Assembly (NCBI GenBank): GCA_963662655.2
Contig: CAXXTU010000002.1
Coordinates: 2,976,001-3,040,000 of the forward strand
Origin: Candidatus Cloacimonadales bacterium
Lineage (GTDB): Bacteria; Cloacimonadota; Cloacimonadia; Cloacimonadales; JAIOQZ01
Length of the DNA stretch: 64,000 nt
Direction of reading: 5' to 3'
In this document: positions 1 to 9,380 of the stretch, piece by piece
Position numbering within the stretch: position 1 is the first letter of the stretch
Layout: the number at the start of each line of letters is the position of its first letter
Translations under genes and position numbers: made by a program
Notes under the pieces: model-generated
What the model was told of the DNA's origin: nothing
The model's database searches: none
What the model saw: only the letters and a program-made list of their open reading frames with translations

Positions 1-823
1 TATCCAGCGTGTAATCCGTTCCCGCAAGGATTTGCATGTAGCAGTCGATATCCTCCGGGTATCTCCAGGCGGCTTCCGCCCATATCCCGAGCCCGAGCAA
101 CTGCCCGGAGATGTCCGCGCCAAGCTGGTCGGTGATCTGCGTGGAAGGAACGGATTCTCCAAAGAACCTCTGCGTCAAGCGCACGTAGCTGAGGCTGAAA
201 TCGTAATCGAGCAGCCGCGAGCTGAATTTCACGGCTCGCTTGCTGGTTTCCCAATCGTCATCCACGCTCATGATAGCGATGATCCGGGTGCTCATGGTTA
301 AATTCCAGCCCAGTTTGAAGGCGTTGATGCCGCGCTTGTCGTATGTGGGATCCAGGATATTCTTGTAGTGGAAGCAGTCGGTCGGGTTGCGCGAATATCC
401 GGTTCCCCAGGGGATGAGTTGCTTGCCGACGCGGAGATCGAAGTCTTTCCAGTAAAGCGTGAGGTTGGCGTTGTCGAGGTAATAACTGTTCGAGTAATGG
501 TAGCTGTAGAGATTATCGATGCGATCGTGCGGATAGCCCACAGAATCCGCGTACTCCTTCAAGACGTCCTCGGGGATACACTCCGATGCGACGAAATATG
601 TCTTCCCATCGTAGAGCTCGATGTTGTAATTCGCCTGGAAATCGATGCGTTCATCGATCTTGCCTTGCAGATCGAGGCGGAACTTGTTGATATCGGTCAT
701 CTTCAAGCGGGAGTCGTACATTTGCGGATAGAAGGTGTTTTCGTATCGACCGCTCATGTCCACGTCAAGCGCGCCAAGCGTGATCATGAAAAACGCACTA
801 ACGGTTGCTAAAATCCAACGCAT
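1..823 (-). CDS. Outer-membrane beta-barrel-like protein, 3' end truncated by window edge
   Basis: Translated by hand (not in ORF track): MRWILATVSAFFMITLGALDVDMSGRYENTFY...DLRVGKQLIPWGTGYSRNPTD...; signal peptide; the 'RVGKQ.I.WG' motif is typical of barrels encoded with MMPL/LolA-like genes; open to position 1. Confidence 0.7.
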   Translation of the reverse strand, partial: MRWILATVSAFFMITLGALDVDMSGRYENTFYPQMYDSRLKMTDINKFRLDLQGKIDERIDFQANYNIELYDGKTYFVASECIPEDVLKEYADSVGYPHDRIDNLYSYHYSNSYYLDNANLTLYWKDFDLRVGKQLIPWGTGYSRNPTDCFHYKNILDPTYDKRGINAFKLGWNLTMSTRIIAIMSVDDDWETSKRAVKFSSRLLDYDFSLSYVRLTQRFFGESVPSTQITDQLGADISGQLLGLGIWAEAAWRYPEDIDCYMQILAGTDYTLD

Positions 824-830
824 GACAACC

Positions 831-1571
831 TCACTTACGCTTCAGGTAGCTGCGGGTGAACATAGCTTCGTCCAGTTCCACCCCGAACTCGATGCTTTTC
901 GTTTCCATGACGGTTTTCCCGCCTTCGCGGATGTTCACCATGGTCATTTTCATGGGCGTCCAATGCCCGTTGATGTTCTGGATATCCGTGCAGTGCAGTC
1001 GTTTCTCGAGCTCTCTGTCCTCGTTGTAGTAATCGATCTGGAGAGCGGTGAAACATTCCTTGTCCGCCCAGAGGATGAGCTTTGAATAGGACGGGCCGTC
1101 CGGCGTGGGGATCATCTCGAATCGGTAGCACATTCGCCCTTCGATTTCCTCTTCACCTTGAAGGGTGTAGGTGTATTTGTCGGCGATCTTACCGCCGCTC
1201 ATGTCCTCGTAACTGAAATCGCTTCCCTGAACCTTCTTCTTACGGGCGTGCTTCGCCAGATGGCGGTCGCGTCCGGTCTTGGGCGTGTAGAAGTAGATGT
1301 CGTCGCCGTCGTTGAGCATGAGTATCTTATCCCCTGCGATCCTCGAGGGTGCGGTGTATATCGTTAGCTGTTTGTCGTTCATGTCCCTGGAGAACATCTC
1401 GTACTCCAGCGTTCGCATTTCCCCGCCCGATGTCTCGATGGTTTGGCTGCCGGTACCCTTGCTGGATTCAACGCGGTCGTTGTCGTCGATCTTGTTGATG
1501 ATTTCATCCGGTGTGAGCGCGGCGAGCGCCGCAAGTGTCATGAGGATGATCGCTATGAGAATGTATCGCAT
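831..1571 (-). CDS. Outer-membrane lipoprotein-sorting (LolA-like) protein
   Basis: Signal peptide; GSDFSYEDM motif; directly downstream of the MMPL gene. Confidence 0.85.
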   Translation of the reverse strand: MRYILIAIILMTLAALAALTPDEIINKIDDNDRVESSKGTGSQTIETSGGEMRTLEYEMFSRDMNDKQLTIYTAPSRIAGDKILMLNDGDDIYFYTPKTGRDRHLAKHARKKKVQGSDFSYEDMSGGKIADKYTYTLQGEEEIEGRMCYRFEMIPTPDGPSYSKLILWADKECFTALQIDYYNEDRELEKRLHCTDIQNINGHWTPMKMTMVNIREGGKTVMETKSIEFGVELDEAMFTRSYLKRK

Positions 1572-1580
1572 GGTTCTCTC

Positions 1581-4271
1581 CTATTTCTCTTTGGTTTTAT
1601 CGATAATGGCCAGCGCTGCGGGAATCACCAGCAGGGTTGTAACAAAGCAAGCGGCAATTCCGATGAACAGCGTTATTCCAAGGCTCGCGAGTCCGCGCAT
1701 GGTGGCAAATCCCATCGAGCCGAAAGCCAGCATGGTGGTGAGGGTAGTAAGTAGAACCGCCTTGCCCGTGCTTGTGAAGGTCGATTTGATATTGCCGGAG
1801 CCTTCCACACGATAGCGATTCAATATATGTACACCGTCGTCGATTCCCATACCGAGGATCAGGGGGACGCCCATCAGATTGAGGATGTTGAGCTGCATTC
1901 CCACGAGCTTCATGATGCCCACCATCCAGATTGCACCGAAGAAAAGCGGGATCAATGCGACCAGTGTATTCTTCAGGCTGCGGAAATCGACCAGCAGCAG
2001 GAGGAATACGACTGCGATTGTCAGCATCGCGGCCAGGCGACCGTCCTTGCCGATGTACTGGATGAGGATGTAGAATACAAGCGGCATGCCGGTGATCTTG
2101 GGATCGATCTCGTGCATGCGTTCCTTGAGGTCCTTGAGATACGCGAAGTCCCAGACCTGCTTTCTCGGATAGATTGTGACCAGGAACTGCTTGCCGTCTT
2201 TGCTGAGATAGCGATTTCTAATGTTTTCCGGAAGGATATCGAGCGTCAGGGTTGTCGTGTCGGTCATTCCAAGGGCAATCTCGTGCATGCGGGGCTGAAA
2301 TGCTTCATGGAACGCCTTGAGGCTCTCCACGGCATCTGGCTTGCTCTCGATCTTGGCGACAAGCCCTTGAACGATGCTGCTACGCTTCTCGGGAGGGAGC
2401 TCCATGTCTCCGGTGATCGTCTTCGCCTTGCGGTCGACTTTATCCTGTCCACCCATGAAGGCGAGCTGCGAAAGCTCGATGATGTTGTCCTCCAGGCGGT
2501 AAAGCTCATCGATGAAGGCATCCATGTTGGCAGGTTCGAATTCGGAATTTGTGTTTTTCACGAGATCGTCTCGAATCACCTCGATGAGCGGTTTTCGCTC
2601 TTCTTGTTCTAGTGTGCTCGGAATTAAACTACTGATGCTGGATACCATTCCGATGGATTTGAACTGCTTCGCTTTATCGGCGATGGCGCGCGACTCTGCG
2701 ATGGTTTCCGTGGTGACCATGAACATGTCGGTGGTCAGATCGTACTTCTCGATGACCTTGTCCTGCAAGACAACGCTGCTCAGGCCTTTGGGTTCAAGAT
2801 CGAGATAGTTGTAGTTGAACCGGATGTTCATGGCCTGATAAAGGAAGAATCCGGTGAGTAGAAGGGTGAGAATCGCAACGAGCCAGCGATTCCGCGCGAT
2901 GAATGCGGAGGCGTTTCCCAGGAATGTGAAGGATACTGCTTTGATCGGTTTCTCAGCTTTTTTCCTGGATGATAGCCGCTCTCGCAGCAACAACATGGGC
3001 GGAAGAACGATCATCGCGGAGAGCATGGTCAAAAGAACTCCCAGGCCGGCGATGAATCCGAATTCCTTCATTCCGGTGTTCTTGGATACCAGCATGGTAA
3101 GAAAAGCCAGGGCGGTTGTCATTGCGCCGACGAGAACACCGTTTCCGCAGTGACTGTACATGGAGAGGATCGCCTTTGCCGGAGAGTCTCCATGCGCTCG
3201 GGCATCCTGGTAGGCGGATATGATGTGGATATTAAAGTCGATACCCAGCCCCATGAGGACAACCGCGAACATGGAGGTCATCATGTTCAGGTGACCGTAG
3301 ATAATCTGCGCCAGAGCTCCGGTCCAAATGACGCCAACAATGAGGCTGATTCCTGCAAGAAGAGGAGCTGCGATCATGCGGAACGAGAAGATGAACAGGA
3401 GGATAATGAGCACGAAGGAGATGATCGAGGTGTAATTCATGTCCTCCTGCGCACCGATGGTTTCATCGCGCGCAAGGGTCATCGTGCCGGTCAATCCGCC
3501 TTTCAGGGAGGGATACTTTGCCAGCCCGGCGGTTACAAGCGAATCGACTCGATTGACCACGGGAATAACGGTGTCCATGTTGTCGATCGGGAATGCCGGC
3601 TGGGCGAAGAGAAGAATCATGTCCCGCTCGGGAGAGAGGTAGTAGGGTTCTCCGAGCAGGAAGCGTTCCGCGACGTCTTCGCCAATCGCCGTCGGCAAGG
3701 GTTCGTCGCTTTCGATATATTGCTTCATCGTAAGCAGGTAGTTGCGTATCCCGTCGAGCGATTGCACGGCCTGATCTTCTTTTTCAGCGTTAGAGAGCCC
3801 TTCATCGTCTTCGATATACGTTTTCTCGAAATTATCGTTGATCGCTGTAAGGAAGGGAAGAAGTCCTGTATCCTTGAACATACTCCGCATATTCTTCAGG
3901 CTGCTCGTGCGCGTCAACATGAAGCCGTATCTGGCAAGGAAGTCGCGATCGGATGTGTAATCGACGCGCTTGATTTCCGGCTTGATGGCTTCGATCTGCG
4001 GGGCGACATCTTCAGCAAACTGGACCAGTTCCTCCTCGTTGCCGGATATTGCCACGATCAGGTTTGACGACGAGCTGAAGTGATCGATGATTCGATCGAG
4101 CTCGATCACGGTGGGGTCATCGCGAGGCATGAGATCCTTGAAGCTCATTTTGACTTTCAGACCTGTCATGACATACATCGACAGCGCCGTCACGAGCAGA
4201 AAGACGAATAGCAATGAGATATGATTCGAGGCTACGAGAGAGCCGAGGTTCAGGAAAACTCGTTTTTTCAT
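1581..4271 (-). CDS. MMPL/RND-family transporter
   Basis: 896 aa with two TM bundles carrying GLGIDFNIH and GMGIDDGVH motifs and large extracytoplasmic loops. Confidence 0.9.
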   Translation of the reverse strand: MKKRVFLNLGSLVASNHISLLFVFLLVTALSMYVMTGLKVKMSFKDLMPRDDPTVIELDRIIDHFSSSSNLIVAISGNEEELVQFAEDVAPQIEAIKPEIKRVDYTSDRDFLARYGFMLTRTSSLKNMRSMFKDTGLLPFLTAINDNFEKTYIEDDEGLSNAEKEDQAVQSLDGIRNYLLTMKQYIESDEPLPTAIGEDVAERFLLGEPYYLSPERDMILLFAQPAFPIDNMDTVIPVVNRVDSLVTAGLAKYPSLKGGLTGTMTLARDETIGAQEDMNYTSIISFVLIILLFIFSFRMIAAPLLAGISLIVGVIWTGALAQIIYGHLNMMTSMFAVVLMGLGIDFNIHIISAYQDARAHGDSPAKAILSMYSHCGNGVLVGAMTTALAFLTMLVSKNTGMKEFGFIAGLGVLLTMLSAMIVLPPMLLLRERLSSRKKAEKPIKAVSFTFLGNASAFIARNRWLVAILTLLLTGFFLYQAMNIRFNYNYLDLEPKGLSSVVLQDKVIEKYDLTTDMFMVTTETIAESRAIADKAKQFKSIGMVSSISSLIPSTLEQEERKPLIEVIRDDLVKNTNSEFEPANMDAFIDELYRLEDNIIELSQLAFMGGQDKVDRKAKTITGDMELPPEKRSSIVQGLVAKIESKPDAVESLKAFHEAFQPRMHEIALGMTDTTTLTLDILPENIRNRYLSKDGKQFLVTIYPRKQVWDFAYLKDLKERMHEIDPKITGMPLVFYILIQYIGKDGRLAAMLTIAVVFLLLLVDFRSLKNTLVALIPLFFGAIWMVGIMKLVGMQLNILNLMGVPLILGMGIDDGVHILNRYRVEGSGNIKSTFTSTGKAVLLTTLTTMLAFGSMGFATMRGLASLGITLFIGIAACFVTTLLVIPAALAIIDKTKEK

Positions 4272-4274
4272 ACC

Positions 4275-4886
4275 TTACTCCCTGTTCTCAATCGAGATTA
4301 GTTTCCAAAGGTTGTTGATGTATTTTCTGATGCTGTCGAACGCGGTGTTATCCACCTGGCTGAGGACAATGGTGCCTTCATACAGTGCGTTGAAGCTGAA
4401 CGCGATACTGTCCGCATCGACGTCAGGACGGATATGTCCGTCCTGCTGCCCTTTTCTGATGGTGGATGCTACGTTAACGCGTATCGACTCGTACAGCTTG
4501 TTCATGTTCTCGCGCAAATCGGGGTACTCCCGCATGGAGAAGAAGATCAGCTGGAAATAGTGATACTGGGTTATTCCTGATTCGCCGATCATCTGGAAGA
4601 AGATGTCTTCGACCTTGTCAACGGTATCGAAGAACGACTCGAATAGCTCCTTGACGGGCTTGGGTTGCGTGAATGTGGCCTGAATCCAATGAGCCATCTC
4701 TTCGAGCAATCCAGAAACGATCGCACGGAACAACTCTTCCTTGCCGCTGAAGTAGTGGTAAATCCCGCCTTTGGTGATGCCCGACCTCTTCACGACATCG
4801 TTCATGGAGGTACGTTCGAATCCCTTGAGGAGGAATTCGACCAACGCCGCACTCGTGATTTTCTGCAATGTAGAATCTTGTTGCAT
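4275..4886 (-). CDS. TetR/AcrR-family regulator
   Basis: N-terminal HTH (KGFERTSMNDVVKRSGITKGGIYHYFSGKEELF). Confidence 0.92.
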   Translation of the reverse strand: MQQDSTLQKITSAALVEFLLKGFERTSMNDVVKRSGITKGGIYHYFSGKEELFRAIVSGLLEEMAHWIQATFTQPKPVKELFESFFDTVDKVEDIFFQMIGESGITQYHYFQLIFFSMREYPDLRENMNKLYESIRVNVASTIRKGQQDGHIRPDVDADSIAFSFNALYEGTIVLSQVDNTAFDSIRKYINNLWKLISIENRE

Positions 4887-4902
4887 GATATATCCTTAAC
4901 AA

Positions 4903-4944
4903 ACCGACTGGTCGGTATAATCTGAACGACGGTCATTACGTCAA
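4903..4944 (-). promoter_or_regulatory. Promoter of tetR-MMPL operon with palindromic operator ACCGAC-TG-GTCGGT
   Basis: Palindrome at 4903-4916; minus-strand TTGACG (4944-4939) with a -10-like element 16-17 nt downstream. Confidence 0.6.
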
Positions 4945-4993
4945 GCATTTTTTATTTGATTGGTGCGCAATACGTGGATTTGGCATGAAGAAA

Positions 4994-5264
4994 GCACATC
5001 AATCCGGTGGGTTGACCACTCACCGCGCGGCTGGGCGGCGCTGAAGCCCTTTTAACACACCAACATCTGCGTCAACCGAATTTCATCCGGCTTCCGCCGA
5101 ACGTTGCTGTGTTTTATTCAAGGGCTTCGGCAGGATTTTGAAATGCATTCCGTCGAATACATTTCAAAACCTGTAAGTGCGCGTAGCGCACGCGCCGCCC
5201 AGCCGCGCTGGATTGCTGGTGAACTCCGGTTCGTTACCGGATTTACCCGGGAGGATTGATGTGC
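4994..5264. ncRNA. Candidate structured ncRNA or non-autonomous hairpin element
   Basis: Seven nested helices, including a 12-bp closing stem and a 17-bp perfect stem (see findings). Confidence 0.5.
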
Positions 5265-5289
5265 GGGGGTAGCACGCGTCATTTTTTGA

Positions 5290-5351
5290 TTGACAGGACA
5301 ACCGGCAATCCGTAAAGTTACACATGTATAGACAATAAACGGAAGTAACTT
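5290..5351 (+). promoter_or_regulatory. Sigma-70 promoter overlapped by inverted repeat AAGTTAC-N23-GTAACTT
   Basis: TTGACA 5290-5295, 17 nt, TAAAGT 5313-5318; repeat arms 5315-5321 and 5345-5351; GGAGG RBS follows. Confidence 0.6.
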
Positions 5352-5360
5352 GGAGGTGTT

Positions 5361-5990
5361 ATGAAGTACATAGCTGCGCTTATACTGCTTGTTCTGGCAA
5401 TGGCATGCAGTGCCGAGCCTCTACATATATTGGTCATGGTAGCGAACAATTACGGCGGAAACAGCATGCTGAACCGCGAGTACTACGAGCGAAAAGGCTG
5501 GGAAATCACGCTGACCGGCGTGACGGAAACGGTGAGTCCATGCTCGGGCGACCTTCCTCAACTCGAGATGGATATTCTGGTAGACGATATCGAAGACATC
5601 TCGCCGTACGATGCAATTGTGATATGGCCGTCGCGCTGGTGGGTCAACAATCCCTATGGCGATCTGATCAACAGCGATGCGGCGATAAGCCTGTTACAGG
5701 CCGCGAACTCGCAGGGTAAAATCATCTGGGCGACATGCGGAGGAACGCTTCTGTTGGCCGCTGCCGATATTATCAATGGGAAAAGAGTCCAGGGGCAATC
5801 CGGCAACAACAACGCATTTGTGACAATCTACACGAACGCAGGCGCGACATGGGTAGGCCAGAGCCTGCCGCCCGTAATTGACGAGAACATCATTACTACG
5901 ACTCGAGGACAGTTCCTTTGGGAGCTGAACAACGAAGCAATACTTACAACTTGGTTGAGGAACCGGAACCAGACAGGGAGGGTAAAATGA
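5361..5990 (+). CDS. Exported DJ-1/PfpI-family protein
   Basis: Signal peptide; YDAIVI..., nucleophile-elbow Cys in WATCGG, VIDENIIT. Confidence 0.75.
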   Translation: MKYIAALILLVLAMACSAEPLHILVMVANNYGGNSMLNREYYERKGWEITLTGVTETVSPCSGDLPQLEMDILVDDIEDISPYDAIVIWPSRWWVNNPYGDLINSDAAISLLQAANSQGKIIWATCGGTLLLAAADIINGKRVQGQSGNNNAFVTIYTNAGATWVGQSLPPVIDENIITTTRGQFLWELNNEAILTTWLRNRNQTGRVK

Positions 5991-8413
5991 AAGGGAAGCT
6001 TGCTCAACGACTCATTTTCATTGCTCTTATATTGCCGGTTCTGGCGTTCGCCGACTTCGAGACCTTGTGGGAACAGCAAGCCGAAGTGGACGGCAATGCC
6101 GGATTTCAGGCAGTAACCCTGATTTCTCAAGAAAGAATCGCATGTGTTGGAGGGTTCTGTCCTTCCGGTTCTTCTCTTTCTTACGGATACATCGCCCTGT
6201 ATGATGACGAGGGCAACAATCTTGATTCGGTCATGGCGGAAACAGACGGCTGGTCGGAGCTGGCTGCCGTCGTTCCCGCCACCGGTCAAAACGGATTCTA
6301 CACCGCAGGCAGTTGCTTCGTCGATCAGCTCGGGATGCAGGTATGGGTCGCACGCTGGGATGACGACCTCAATTTGCAGTGGGAAGGATTCTTCGGAGGC
6401 ATCGGCGAAGACTTCGGTTATTCCCTCGTCGCGCTGGAGGACGGCTCGTGCCTGGTTCTCTCGTCGGTTTCGGAAGACGTTGAATCGTTCCACAACGCCG
6501 AGCTGATGAAGATTTCTGCCGAAGGCGATTCGTTGTGGGCTGTGCAGTACAGCTATCTGACGAACGATGAAGGGAAGGATATCATCGCCGGGAATGACGG
6601 AACCTTCTACATAGCCGGGGCGAGCTCGCAGTTCGACGGTGTCAGAAACAGCCAGCTCTGGGTCATGCAAATCGATGGAGACGGAAACGTGCTGGAGGAA
6701 CAGGCGATTGGGGTCATCGGAAACGGCGCGACTGATTACGACGCCGGTTTCGGCATCGTACAGGATGACCAGGGCGTGGTTACGGCGGTTGGAATAACGG
6801 CCGCGGAATCCCAGGAACGTATGGACGCGGCGCTTGTCCGACTCGAAAGCGATCTCGAAGTTCAAGGCTACGAGAACTACGAGATGCAAGGCTTCTACGA
6901 TTTTGCTTACAAGGTCGTTGCTGCGGACAGCGATGGCGATGTCGTCATCTGCGGCGCAAGCCGGAATTTTAACGATCAGAAGAACAGCGGTTTCCTGCTG
7001 CGAGCCGATGCCAGCCTCGACGAGATGTGGCGTAACTACTACTCGATCGGAAACGCGTGCGGCTTGATGGATTTGTGCAAACTCGCTGACAACGATTTTA
7101 TCTGTGTCGGATACACATTTTCGGATGAGAATGTCCAGAAGCCGCTGATCCTGCGGATTCGGGATCGATACATTCTTCCCGATTTCGAGATTGGTCCCTG
7201 CACGGGGCATGCGCCGCTCAATGTCAACTTCGAGAATCACTCGAGAACATACCCTCATTACGAAATGATCCAGTGGGACTTCAATAACGACGGTGTTTGG
7301 GACGCAACAGACGATACGTTCCAGTACGCCTACACGGAACCGGGGATTTATCAGGTCAATGTACGGCTTTCGGGTGCTGAAGTCGATACCACCCTTACGT
7401 CGATCGAGACGGTGTACGTCTTCAACGGAGATAGCGGGATTTACTTCGACGGCGAAAGCTCCCGGGCGCAGGTTGACGCGGCGGACGACATGGAACTTAC
7501 CGATTCTTTTACTTTTGAGGCCTGGATCGATCCTTCATCGTGGAACAACGCCAATGCAATGGGTGATGTCATCCTCGGCAAAGGATCGGTTATGATTGCT
7601 ATCGGCAGTAACAGCGAAATCCCCGTCGAGCATGCGCTGATGTTCAATCTCCGCCTCGAGGATGGAACTTCATGTGTAGGAGCAACTCCAGACGGATCGA
7701 TTACTCTCGACGGATGGCAGAATATCGCGGTTGTCTATTCAGGCGATTCAGGTGTAACCGCCCTTATCGATGGACACCCGCAACAGATAACTTGGATCAA
7801 CGAGCCCAGTGGAAGTTTGCAGTCAAACGCATCTCTCTCCCTTTCACTGGGCGCACATAATGCCGGTTTTGCCATGTATCACGGCGTCATGGACGAGGTT
7901 CGTCTATGGAGTATCGCCCGATCGACACAAGAAATCCTGGAGACGATGGAGCTCCCGCTTCAAGGCTTTGAAGATGGTCTGTTGGGCTACTGGAGAATGG
8001 ATGAGGCGATTGGCTACGATCTGACGGACGGCAGCCTGTACAATCACCACGGGCATCTGAGCGGAACGCAGTGGCGTCAAGGCTGCAACTTCGATCCGTA
8101 TGATGTCAATGACGAAACCGCCGCTCCATCGGCAAATGTAAACGGAATCCGGCGAGTTTATCCCAATCCCTTCAACCCGAGTACTACGATCGAGTACGCT
8201 CTGGCGAAACCGGCGGAAGTCATCCTTTCTATATATAATGTAAAAGGGCAGAAAGTAAAAAACTTGATTCATGCGCGGGGATCTGCAGGATTGCACCAGG
8301 TTTGCTGGGACGGTTCCAGCCAGAAAGGAGCCGCTTGCAGCAGCGGGATATATCTCGTCCGCATGCAAGCAGATGGGAATACGTTCTCCAGCAAGATACT
8401 GATGTTGAAATAA
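5987..8413 (+). CDS. Secreted protein: repeat/beta-propeller-like N-terminus, PKD, LamG, C-terminal FlgD-Ig tail
   Basis: ATG 5987 overlaps the upstream stop (ATGA) and has a GGAGG RBS; G.APL.V.F...WDFNNDG (PKD); FTFEAWI...G.MDEVRLWS (LamG); YPNPFNP...SGIYLVR...KILMLK. Confidence 0.8.
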   Translation: MKGKLAQRLIFIALILPVLAFADFETLWEQQAEVDGNAGFQAVTLISQERIACVGGFCPSGSSLSYGYIALYDDEGNNLDSVMAETDGWSELAAVVPATGQNGFYTAGSCFVDQLGMQVWVARWDDDLNLQWEGFFGGIGEDFGYSLVALEDGSCLVLSSVSEDVESFHNAELMKISAEGDSLWAVQYSYLTNDEGKDIIAGNDGTFYIAGASSQFDGVRNSQLWVMQIDGDGNVLEEQAIGVIGNGATDYDAGFGIVQDDQGVVTAVGITAAESQERMDAALVRLESDLEVQGYENYEMQGFYDFAYKVVAADSDGDVVICGASRNFNDQKNSGFLLRADASLDEMWRNYYSIGNACGLMDLCKLADNDFICVGYTFSDENVQKPLILRIRDRYILPDFEIGPCTGHAPLNVNFENHSRTYPHYEMIQWDFNNDGVWDATDDTFQYAYTEPGIYQVNVRLSGAEVDTTLTSIETVYVFNGDSGIYFDGESSRAQVDAADDMELTDSFTFEAWIDPSSWNNANAMGDVILGKGSVMIAIGSNSEIPVEHALMFNLRLEDGTSCVGATPDGSITLDGWQNIAVVYSGDSGVTALIDGHPQQITWINEPSGSLQSNASLSLSLGAHNAGFAMYHGVMDEVRLWSIARSTQEILETMELPLQGFEDGLLGYWRMDEAIGYDLTDGSLYNHHGHLSGTQWRQGCNFDPYDVNDETAAPSANVNGIRRVYPNPFNPSTTIEYALAKPAEVILSIYNVKGQKVKNLIHARGSAGLHQVCWDGSSQKGAACSSGIYLVRMQADGNTFSSKILMLK

Positions 8414-8492
8414 AGTTTTGCTTCCAGGATGAAGAAGGGATAAAAAACAGGCTGCCGGTCGGGGGATTGGTTGCCGGAAGGTTCAGTGCGTT

Positions 8493-9107
8493 ATGACTCG
8501 AAAAGAGAGAGAGCTTCTCCGTAGAAAAGAAGAGATAATCGAAATCGCCACGAAGCTTTTCAAGGAAAACGGTTACGAGCAAACCGGAATGGACGAGATT
8601 GCCAGAAAGGCGGAGTTTACCAGGAAAACGCTTTACCAGTATTTCGGAAGTAAGGCCGATCTGCTCATATTTGTGGTTCTGAAGCAGCTTCGAGCGTTCG
8701 ATGAAGCGATCGTTGAAACGTTCCGCGCCAATCAGGGGCAAAACGCACTGAAACGCTTGCGGGATTACTGCGATCTGTACTACTCATGGTTCATTACGCG
8801 TCCCAACGAGTTCATGCTGATCACCTATTACGATCTTGCGATCCACAACGGCTGGGACCAACTGCATCCAAACACACGGGAGATGCTGACGGGAATAAAG
8901 AACAGCGAGAAGAACGTGTTTCACCAGTTGTTCGAGGAGGGGATCAATTCCGGAGAGATGAATCGTGATCTTACGACCGATCTCGCGGTGGATTTCCTTC
9001 AAAAGGTGATTTACGGCATCGCGCATTCCTACATCCTGCACCCGAATTTCCCCCAGGAGTACTATCAAAAGGAGATCGACTACCTTTTCCGAGTCTTTGC
9101 CCCGTGA
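8493..9107 (+). CDS. TetR/AcrR-family regulator
   Basis: HTH GYEQTGMDEIARKAEFTRKTLYQYFGSKADL. Confidence 0.92.
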   Translation: MTRKERELLRRKEEIIEIATKLFKENGYEQTGMDEIARKAEFTRKTLYQYFGSKADLLIFVVLKQLRAFDEAIVETFRANQGQNALKRLRDYCDLYYSWFITRPNEFMLITYYDLAIHNGWDQLHPNTREMLTGIKNSEKNVFHQLFEEGINSGEMNRDLTTDLAVDFLQKVIYGIAHSYILHPNFPQEYYQKEIDYLFRVFAP

Positions 9108-9380
9108 GATCGGATTATTCGCTTCGTTCCTTTTCATGAAGCGTTTTGCGCTCTGTTACTTTGTATCCCAATCATTATTCCTCATACGATCTTCCCCGCC
9201 AGTTTAAAAGAACTTGCCGAATCTCGATGAAGATGCTACGAATGGCTTGTAAATGATTCTGTGTCATCATTTGAGATTCGCTGCGCTTGGTGTCGACCTG
9301 ATTGCTCCGACTTGTCGTGGACATCGAAGGGCCAAGCCAAGCGGAAATCATAATAAAGCATTTGCCGGTGGTATATATAT

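Noticed and set aside
5828..7258. Long antisense ORFs (also 24330-25526, 53530-54822, 59971-61269, 28411-29322)
   Set aside because: They are shadows of well-supported genes on the opposite strand and have no recognisable motifs.
9277..9347. Irregular hairpin upstream of the TPR-HisKA gene (similar at 13261-13305)
   Set aside because: Short stems with many mismatches; not distinguishable from background by eye.
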